Source of the DNA: a virus
Taxonomy: Duplodnaviria > Caudoviricetes
Reading direction: 5' to 3' (one strand)
DNA: 33,324 nt
Virus record (IMG/VR): IMGVR_UViG_3300025646_000181
Location: 1-33,324 of that record
Shown: piece after piece, positions 26,653 to 33,324 of the stretch
Layout: every line of letters begins with the position of its first letter
Position numbering within the stretch: position 1 is the first letter of the stretch
The notes under the pieces: generated by a model
What the model was told of the DNA's origin: nothing
The model's database searches: none
Seen by the model: only the letters and a program-made list of their open reading frames with translations
Program-made: the position numbers and the translations under genes

Positions 26653-28913
26653 TAGAATGATCCTCCGTCAATTAAACCAAAAGCGCCTGTTATTGCGGAT
26701 ATCGTATTAACATCGCCGCTAGCACTAATATTTCCATCTGCTGTTATAGTAAGGGCGGGGGTAACTGCTGTTTCTGTATATCCACCGTGCCCAAATACAA
26801 ACTTATCATTACTCCCATCTTGGTCGGAAACACTGAATTCCATAATACCAGTATCGCCTGAATTATAGTGGCGAATCATTCCTGGGTCGTTTTGTGTATC
26901 ACCGAATTGGGGGAAAGCTATTACAGCCTGTTTATCAACGCTGTTTCTCCATATAGTTAAATGACCATTACTGTTAGAACCACTGGTTCCTATTTGAACG
27001 CCATTAGCGTATACTGTGCCGCTTGCTGTTATATTACCAGATGCAGTTAAAGCAGCTATAAGTGGTTTGGAGGATGAGGGGATTACTGGGAGAAGGTATA
27101 TTTCTTCTGTGAGAGAGGATGAGGGGTATGGGGTATAATCTGCTAATGCTACATTATTAACATATCTAGTATCTAGTATATTGTCTGATTTGATACCATA
27201 AAGTGCGTTTACAAATGATTTAGCTATAGTACCAGTACTAGTTTCAGTACCGTATATATTTCCTACTGCTGCTGACTTATCCCACCTAAATTCAACTACT
27301 TGATCTGTAAGATCAGTGTGTTGTAATTCACCTACATTAATATTGCTGATAGCATCCCTAGGGTCAACATTATATTGTAAATAACCAGCGTCTAAAGTAC
27401 CTTGAACAGTTGAATTTATACTTACAAAATATTGTACAAAATGTTGAGAACTAGTTGAAGTCAAATTTATGTGTGAACCAACATCTCTGTATAGGTAATC
27501 GTCTATATCTGTATCGTCAGGGAATATATCTACTCCGTCTAACGATTTAGTAGCAATACGCAGATAACGAGTTCCTGGGCCTCCCTCTACTTCTATAATT
27601 TCACCTAAAGAAGGGTACGCACCAGTATTCGTACTAGAGCTAAATGTGTATACAAAGGATTTATGGCTAGTTAATTTTAAAGCATTGTTTTCAATTGAAC
27701 CACTAATACCTTCAAACGCAAATTCAAAAGATGAAGTTGGTGAAGACGCTATTAATTCGCCCGCAGAACCGAAAGACGCAGTGCTAAATGCGTTTTGGTT
27801 TGAGTCACCACCGCCACCACCACCTACGCTAGCGGTATAATATATTTTACCGTCAGAACCTGCCACAAGAATATCGCCAGCGGTTGCACCAATATTTGAA
27901 ATATTTTTAATGTATAGGTTTTCGCCTACTACAACGTCTCGGCTAGCTGATGTGTGACCACTGCCGTCAACTTTAAGTCTAGAAATTCCAGATACATCGT
28001 TAATTTGGAAAAGTGTATCGTATGAATCGATAATTTCAAAAATCGGAGTACTTTCACCGTAAACTTCGAATATAGTACCGTCTGCTCTACTGCCTGTAAT
28101 GGTTAAACTACCTGAGATTACTGCGTCGCCTTCAAAAGGGAATGTAGGATCTTGTGTTCCATAAGAACCAGTGTAATAAAACTGGCCAGAACCTGTATCG
28201 TACACTACCGCAAGAATTGAATCGCTAGAGACTAAGGGGGTTGAAGCTGATGCAAATAAAAGACCACTGGCACTTATATTACTTCCTGTAATATTACCAT
28301 TGGCATAAATTCCACCATCTACACTTAATTTTTGGGAAGGGGAATTATATCCTATTCCTACTCTATCAGTACCGGCATTTACAAATAATAAAGAATCATC
28401 ATTATTTCCTTCTGCTACAAAGTCAATATCAAGACCATCGGGGTTAATATAAAGTCGTTTATTTGTAGTATGGTTGAGGTGAAGGTAGTCTTGACCTCCT
28501 GCTGATAAAAATATATCACGATTAGCACCCGATAAACTTTGTAGTGTTATTTCAGGACCTTGAGTTGAAGCATTTGGTTGTAATTGTATTATACCACTAT
28601 GACTAGTACCATTTCCTACAGGATCAAACTTTATAAAACTTTGTGCACCACTAGATTTAATATCTAATTGACTAGCGCTATAAATGGGTAAACCATTCAT
28701 ATTAAGACCAGCGGCTGCAGATGCAGTGTGGTCACCTAAATTGTCGTTACCTGCTTGTAGTAGATCTTGTTGTTGTATTTGAACAACTTCGCCTGTAGAC
28801 CGGATTGCTAACAGATTAATTGCGCTTTCCCCAATTTCGGGAACAACACTAGCTGTTATAGCACTTACAGGGGCGTCACTGCCCGATATGATGACTTTTT
28901 TCCAGTTCGGCAT
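26652..28913 (-). CDS. fibre protein (753 aa), MPNWKKV N-terminus and IDGGSF C-terminus
   Basis: RVGIG...P..KLSVDG, GNITASG and YYTGSYG motifs; N-terminus shared with 30034..31095. Confidence 0.7.
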   Translation of the reverse strand: MPNWKKVIISGSDAPVSAITASVVPEIGESAINLLAIRSTGEVVQIQQQDLLQAGNDNLGDHTASAAAGLNMNGLPIYSASQLDIKSSGAQSFIKFDPVGNGTSHSGIIQLQPNASTQGPEITLQSLSGANRDIFLSAGGQDYLHLNHTTNKRLYINPDGLDIDFVAEGNNDDSLLFVNAGTDRVGIGYNSPSQKLSVDGGIYANGNITGSNISASGLLFASASTPLVSSDSILAVVYDTGSGQFYYTGSYGTQDPTFPFEGDAVISGSLTITGSRADGTIFEVYGESTPIFEIIDSYDTLFQINDVSGISRLKVDGSGHTSASRDVVVGENLYIKNISNIGATAGDILVAGSDGKIYYTASVGGGGGGDSNQNAFSTASFGSAGELIASSPTSSFEFAFEGISGSIENNALKLTSHKSFVYTFSSSTNTGAYPSLGEIIEVEGGPGTRYLRIATKSLDGVDIFPDDTDIDDYLYRDVGSHINLTSTSSQHFVQYFVSINSTVQGTLDAGYLQYNVDPRDAISNINVGELQHTDLTDQVVEFRWDKSAAVGNIYGTETSTGTIAKSFVNALYGIKSDNILDTRYVNNVALADYTPYPSSSLTEEIYLLPVIPSSSKPLIAALTASGNITASGTVYANGVQIGTSGSNSNGHLTIWRNSVDKQAVIAFPQFGDTQNDPGMIRHYNSGDTGIMEFSVSDQDGSNDKFVFGHGGYTETAVTPALTITADGNISASGDVNTISAITGAFGLIDGGSF

Positions 28914-28922
28914 TACTTTCTA

Positions 28923-28979
28923 CTACTACGGTTAGATACAGCAACGTTGCTGCCTACTTCCCTTTCGGGCCAATAATAG
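28923..28979 (-). ncRNA. candidate structured cis-regulatory RNA (three-way junction) in the 5' leader of the 753-aa fibre gene
   Basis: P1 CUAUUAU(U)GG / CCGUAGUAG, P2 CCC-GAAA-GGG, P3 UAG..CAGCA-ACGU-UGCUG..CUA; GC-rich relative to other intergenic DNA; lies between the ATATTTAT motif (28986-28993) and the ATG. Folded by eye only. Confidence 0.5.
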
Positions 28980-28992
28980 CTAGATATAAATA

Positions 28993-29148
28993 TTATTCTC
29001 CCTGAACGGGGACGATATTTTCTAACTTACTTTCAATTTTTTGCAATATACCTGATACTAGGTGGGCGTTTTTTCCCATAATTTGGGAATTGTGGATAGC
29101 TGCAACTATAAATTGCGCTTCTTGGGGGTCTAATTTTATGTTAACCAT
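28993..29148 (-). CDS. 51-aa protein MVNIKLDPQEAQFIVAAIHNSQIMGKNAHLVSGILQKIESKLENIVPVQGE, paralogue of 31102..31284
   Basis: Below the track cutoff; ATG 3 nt after the LamG gene stop; aligns without gaps to the 60-aa protein. Confidence 0.75.
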   Translation of the reverse strand: MVNIKLDPQEAQFIVAAIHNSQIMGKNAHLVSGILQKIESKLENIVPVQGE

Positions 29149-29151
29149 TTT

Positions 29152-29997
29152 TTATAAATTAAATCTATGTTTTAAAGCATTGTAATTTTGTGCTATTTGT
29201 GCGTCTGAAAGTGTTGTGTTATAGGACATCATAGTAGATATGTCTATATCGTTATATGAATCATTAAATACATGTCTGTTATTAGAAACGTTAATAAATC
29301 TAATAGGAGCCCAACTAGACGGTTCTTCTCCTACAAGAGTATCGTTTATATATATTTTCCAGAAATTATCATATTCATTAGGAAATACATTGTAATATTC
29401 CATATTTAAGGTTATCATCATCCACTCGTTTAAAGTAAAATAATCTGTGATGTCTACTATAAATTCTCTAGTATTATTATCGTTACCGTGTTGACCAGCG
29501 TAATCTAAAGGAATATTACCATTTTGGAGTCCAAAATTAGAAAAAAATACTGATTCTAGTTCTAATGTAATTTGAGAACCATTTTTACCCAATCTAAATT
29601 CAAAATTATTTGAACTTTGTATAGTAATACCATTTCCTATAAGGAAAAATGTAGGGTAGTTAAAACCTGATAATGTTATAGTAGGATAAGAAGTAAATCT
29701 AACAAACCAGCTAAAACAGGTACCTGTTCGATCGAAATTAGTAAATAATTTGTTGTTTGCATTAAGAACAACAGGACTGATAAAATTGATGTAACCTTTA
29801 TAGTCGGATGAATAGTTTAAAGGATCAGTAGATGTTTGAGTGATTCTTTTAAAAATGGTTAATGGTTCAATTATACTATAAAGAGATCTAAGGTCTGTTG
29901 AGTCTCCTTCACTTCGGTAAGAAATAGGATTTGCCGCATCGTAATATGCGTACAAATTATCTGTTACAATATTAAGTGGATTTTTTATAATTCCCAT
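29152..29997 (-). CDS. LamG/concanavalin-A-like lectin domain protein (281 aa)
   Basis: NIVTDNLYAYYDAANPISY start, NEWMMIT, KIYIND.LVG and YNTTLSDAQIAQNYNA end are characteristic of phage LamG-like domains. Confidence 0.65.
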   Translation of the reverse strand: MGIIKNPLNIVTDNLYAYYDAANPISYRSEGDSTDLRSLYSIIEPLTIFKRITQTSTDPLNYSSDYKGYINFISPVVLNANNKLFTNFDRTGTCFSWFVRFTSYPTITLSGFNYPTFFLIGNGITIQSSNNFEFRLGKNGSQITLELESVFFSNFGLQNGNIPLDYAGQHGNDNNTREFIVDITDYFTLNEWMMITLNMEYYNVFPNEYDNFWKIYINDTLVGEEPSSWAPIRFINVSNNRHVFNDSYNDIDISTMMSYNTTLSDAQIAQNYNALKHRFNL

Positions 29998-30033
29998 AAA
30001 ACCAATTTACCATATATACATATAATAAACTAA

Positions 30034-31095
30034 TTAGGGCAAATAGATATATAGGCCCCCATTGGTAGTGTCACTAGTATCTACATACATCATACCGTAT
30101 CTTGACGCATCATTGTTGCCAAAATTACTAGGAATACCTGTAGGAGCAACCGCCGAGCTAGATACTGAAACAACATATTGATCAGCAACTACTATGGATG
30201 TAGAATCCCAGGCAGCGGAGCTAGATTGTTTTAAAGCCCACCTATTATCGTTAGTATCATAGTAAAGAGCGGTACCTAAAGCACCATCACTTGTACTACC
30301 ACTGGTTTGTACTATAATACCGCCGTCTAAGGGGGTAGCTGTGGCTGCTGAGTGACTGTTTAAAAGAATAAACTGGTCATCAACGTTTAAGTTGGTTACT
30401 TCTAATTGAACTGTGTTGCCATTTACTATTAAGTCACCTACAACTCTTAAATCGTCTGCAATGGTTGTAGTACTGGTAGGATTACCTATATTAACAGCAG
30501 TAGCCTCACCACCAAAATTAAGAGTAGTAACGCCTTTGTTTAATAAGTCAAATGTAGTAGCGCTTGAAGAAATGGAGGCTATAGCTGGAGAACCATCACC
30601 TATTTTTAGGTTGTCAGAAACAACAAGGGTAGAATCAGAATGATCAAAAAATATAGAACGGCCACTTTCATTTGTACTATAAAGAGTTTTATCATTTCCA
30701 TCACCGCTAACTCCTAAAAGATAAAGTGGATCTGGAGTAGAACTGTGTTGTGTGACGAAAACTGTAGAGGCAGAAAGTGCAAGAGAAGCAGTAGCGGCCG
30801 CCCCACCAGTTAATGAAGCAACACCATCTGCTGTAACAGTAATATCACCTGTAATATCGGTGTAGATATAATCTTGAAGCTGAGAACCGGAAATAAATTT
30901 AGAACCACCGTCATATACAAAAAATTGGGTAGCATCATCCACATCAACTGTAGGTAAATGTACTGTTGGGAAAGAACCAGCTACTCCTGTTAATCCAGAA
31001 CCATCACCTGTGAATGAACCTGTATATGAAGATGCGGTTATGGCTGCTAATTCAGCAACACTACCTGATACTATTACTTTTTTCCAGTTTGCCAT
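30034..31095 (-). CDS. fibre protein (353 aa), MANWKKV N-terminus
   Basis: GSFTGDGSGLTGV and GDL.VNG......TNLNVDDQFILLN...DGGIIV fibre motifs. Confidence 0.7.
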   Translation of the reverse strand: MANWKKVIVSGSVAELAAITASSYTGSFTGDGSGLTGVAGSFPTVHLPTVDVDDATQFFVYDGGSKFISGSQLQDYIYTDITGDITVTADGVASLTGGAAATASLALSASTVFVTQHSSTPDPLYLLGVSGDGNDKTLYSTNESGRSIFFDHSDSTLVVSDNLKIGDGSPAIASISSSATTFDLLNKGVTTLNFGGEATAVNIGNPTSTTTIADDLRVVGDLIVNGNTVQLEVTNLNVDDQFILLNSHSAATATPLDGGIIVQTSGSTSDGALGTALYYDTNDNRWALKQSSSAAWDSTSIVVADQYVVSVSSSAVAPTGIPSNFGNNDASRYGMMYVDTSDTTNGGLYIYLP

Positions 31096-31101
31096 GTGTT
31101 A

Positions 31102-31284
31102 TTATGTTTGTTCCTTTTGGATAAATTCTTGCATTTTGTATACTAAATCATATACTTGTTGGATATTTCTAACTTTTATATTACTATCGCCTATTAGATT
31201 TAATAGTACAGTGCATTCTTCTTTGGTTAACCCCAGCGTATTGGGGGTTTCTTGGGCTTTTTTTCTTAATTTTGCAAAATTCAT
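31102..31284 (-). CDS. 60-aa helical protein, possible fibre chaperone/adapter
   Basis: Intact ORF with ATATGTAT motif 20 nt upstream (31305-31312); paralogous to 28993..29148. Confidence 0.7.
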   Translation of the reverse strand: MNFAKLRKKAQETPNTLGLTKEECTVLLNLIGDSNIKVRNIQQVYDLVYKMQEFIQKEQT

Positions 31285-31311
31285 TTTAAAACTGTTTTTC
31301 TCATATACATA

Positions 31312-32661
31312 TTAAGCAAATCCAAGATAGAAATCGTTTGAGGCAGAGTAAAACATACCGCCTGCTACTGCTGGGGGTTCAGGGTTGTTAGCGTCAAATA
31401 TAAATACACTTGAACTATATATGTTATACCCATCCATATTGAGGTCTTTGGATGCAGTGTGGGTACCTAAGTTATCACCTCCTGCTACTAACCCATCTAA
31501 TGTGTTTTGTACATTATTATAACCTGGTATAGAAAAATTACCTTGAACATTTAAATCACCAAAAATATCTACGTTCCCACTTGCTGTAATATGTCCAGAT
31601 CCGCTTAAATATAGTGAACCTGTAATCATTGCTTGAGCGGGGGTACCATATAAATCGTCAGAACCTGAATATGGAAAGGCTACACCGTTACCACTTCCAT
31701 AACTTCCAGTGTAATATAATCTACCTGTATCAACGTCGTATACTACAACAGGATTATAGTCACCTGCAGTATCTTCAGACATAGAAATATATAATAAGCC
31801 ACTAGCGCTTATATCTCCTGAAGAGGTGATGTTAGTGAATGGTTGATCTATATTAGACGCTAGTACATAAGAAGCAGTAGCAGCAGTACCTATTAAATCA
31901 CCTCTAAATTCTGAAGCTGAAACATACCCCGTAACTATAGCATTTTGGGAAGCTGTGATATTAACAAATTGGGCGTTTCTTAAAACGTTTAAATCACTCG
32001 CAATAGTTGTAGTACTATTAAAGGCACCAATATTAATATTAGTAGCGCTTGCACCAATATTAAGGTTAAGCATAGGATCCCCTAATAAATCAAATTGATT
32101 TCCAGCTCCTATAGGGAAACTTAAGCTTGTGACTTTAGAAGCTCCTGTTATTCCGTCAGCAACTATGTATAAGTTATCTGCTTGGTTTCTTAAGTCAACA
32201 GAAGTATCTATTGTTATTCTATCGCCGTAAACATTTCCACTAGCCGAAACATAACCCGTAAATACACCGTCTCCTTGAACTAATATATCTAAAGAAGAGG
32301 TTAATCTACCATTTCCTACATCTATATACCAATCAAGGTCGTCTGCACTAGATGCCCCTAAATTAATTTCAGACCAGTTTGATGTATTAGTCCATTCAGA
32401 TCCAGATAAATTAAGGTCTCCAGAGCTGGTTTGGTTATAGACATAGTATTTTACAGGATCGGTAATACTACCCGTAGTGCTTACTATAGCACCTAATCTT
32501 CTTTTACCAGGGGCTGAAGGTAATCCAGAACCAATAGTTGCTAAACTTGCCGAATCAAAACTATCTATTAAGAATGTTGTACCTCTAAGGTTGTTTGCAT
32601 CCATAGTGGCTTCAGAAGCCGAATTATTCAAGTGTAATATGGATCCAAACTTTACTGGCAT
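31312..32661 (-). CDS. fibre-like virion protein (449 aa)
   Basis: SAS/SGS-rich; shares modules with the 753-aa and 353-aa proteins. Confidence 0.7.
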   Translation of the reverse strand: MPVKFGSILHLNNSASEATMDANNLRGTTFLIDSFDSASLATIGSGLPSAPGKRRLGAIVSTTGSITDPVKYYVYNQTSSGDLNLSGSEWTNTSNWSEINLGASSADDLDWYIDVGNGRLTSSLDILVQGDGVFTGYVSASGNVYGDRITIDTSVDLRNQADNLYIVADGITGASKVTSLSFPIGAGNQFDLLGDPMLNLNIGASATNINIGAFNSTTTIASDLNVLRNAQFVNITASQNAIVTGYVSASEFRGDLIGTAATASYVLASNIDQPFTNITSSGDISASGLLYISMSEDTAGDYNPVVVYDVDTGRLYYTGSYGSGNGVAFPYSGSDDLYGTPAQAMITGSLYLSGSGHITASGNVDIFGDLNVQGNFSIPGYNNVQNTLDGLVAGGDNLGTHTASKDLNMDGYNIYSSSVFIFDANNPEPPAVAGGMFYSASNDFYLGFA

Positions 32662-32662
32662 A

Positions 32663-33324
32663 TTAGTCGTTTAATGTTAATAGTGTTCCGGGTTCAAATG
32701 GTCTATATCCTGCGGATCTATATACTTTATATGTAGTATTTAAGTCATATCTGGTATGATCCGCGGTTCCCATTTTAGTAAATGTATTAAATTCGTTTTG
32801 TGATCCATTTGATATTTCTGTTAAATCACCAAAATGGTCAGGGTATATAATATAAGTATAAGCTGCTGAAGCTGTAACTGTATCAGGCATGGCGATTTTA
32901 AGGGTTGATGGAAATGCAGTAGAAGTATTATCTATTAAGGATTGTTGAGGAGAACCTGCATTTCTAATACCAACACTACCCGCAGGACTGCTTCCAGAAA
33001 TATTTCCTAAAACGGTATCTAATAATACGTTACTTATATTACTTGTATTTATTTCTGTAGAGCTACCTCCAAAAAATATAGGGCTTAAGAATGTTTGTGA
33101 ATCAGTAGTTGTAGGAAAATATGTTCCTTCATCTGTATAAGAAGGAGTACCTGTTACTGTAAAGGTTACAATACCAGGGGTTATTCTGTTTATGTAAATA
33201 GGGTCAAAACTATTAGTAACATATAGTGTTCCTACATTAGGAGGGGTATCAAATCCTGTAATTGTATTATTTGATGAACCTGCATTTGTTTGGTTACTTG
33301 ATAAGGCATAAGAATACCCACTGT
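32663..33324 (-). CDS. 3' part of a Ser/Thr/Gly-rich virion structural gene entering from beyond the window
   Basis: The frame of track ORF 32663..32890 has no stop up to the window end (...SGYSYALSSNQTNAG...PIFFGGSS...LKIAMPDTV...), so the 75-aa call is only its C-terminus. Confidence 0.75.
   Translation of the reverse strand, partial: SGYSYALSSNQTNAGSSNNTITGFDTPPNVGTLYVTNSFDPIYINRITPGIVTFTVTGTPSYTDEGTYFPTTTDSQTFLSPIFFGGSSTEINTSNISNVLLDTVLGNISGSSPAGSVGIRNAGSPQQSLIDNTSTAFPSTLKIAMPDTVTASAAYTYIIYPDHFGDLTEISNGSQNEFNTFTKMGTADHTRYDLNTTYKVYRSAGYRPFEPGTLLTLND

Noticed and set aside
28923-28979. Leader structure as a terminator or hammerhead ribozyme
   Set aside because: No U-tract follows on the coding strand and the hammerhead core CUGANGA is absent.
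10774-28992. T4-type late promoters TATAAATA on the plus strand (10774, 20341, 28985)
   Set aside because: No plus-strand genes follow; the same sites are better explained as the minus-strand ATAT[T/G]TAT motif. Antisense transcription is not excluded.
1122-32674. All other plus-strand ORFs in the track
   Set aside because: They overlap well-supported minus-strand genes largely or entirely and show no protein motifs.
32663-32890. 75-aa stand-alone gene
   Set aside because: The frame remains open to the window end, so it is the C-terminus of a longer gene.
1-33324. Stop-codon recoding (no TAG seen among the gene stops checked)
   Set aside because: Genes are full length and tightly packed under the standard code; TAG scarcity is expected in AT-rich genomes.
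1-33324. CRISPR array, tRNA, DGR, intron or IS element
   Set aside because: No spaced repeat array, cloverleaf, reverse transcriptase, transposase or homing endonuclease seen; fibre repeats do not show adenine-specific differences.

Overview
Segment of a large, AT-rich, myovirus-like (contractile-tailed) bacteriophage genome, with every credible gene on the minus strand. In transcription order (high to low coordinates): about 17 kb of Ser/Gly/Thr-rich fibre-like genes and small accessory ORFs (including LamG-like and RCC1-like proteins), two tandem paralogous tail sheath genes, tail tube, a T4 gp26-like assembly protein followed by a start-less +1-frame ORF, tape measure, baseplate genes (tube initiator-like, LysM/gpX-like, hub-like protein fused to a GH24 lysozyme), then the start of a replication module (a short, divergent family-A polymerase, a hypothetical protein and the first 16 codons of a probable SSB). 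Bacteroidota-type promoter elements and A-rich, SD-less leaders suggest a Bacteroidota host (inference). Most notable: a probable programmed +1 frameshift at TTC-TTT-TGG; an apparent matching code between C-terminal and N-terminal motifs of neighbouring fibre genes; a GC-rich three-way-junction RNA in a fibre gene leader; a PolA with an altered steric-gate residue; and a recurrent ATAT[T/G]TAT motif just upstream of many genes. All family assignments come from motif recognition by eye, not from database searches.
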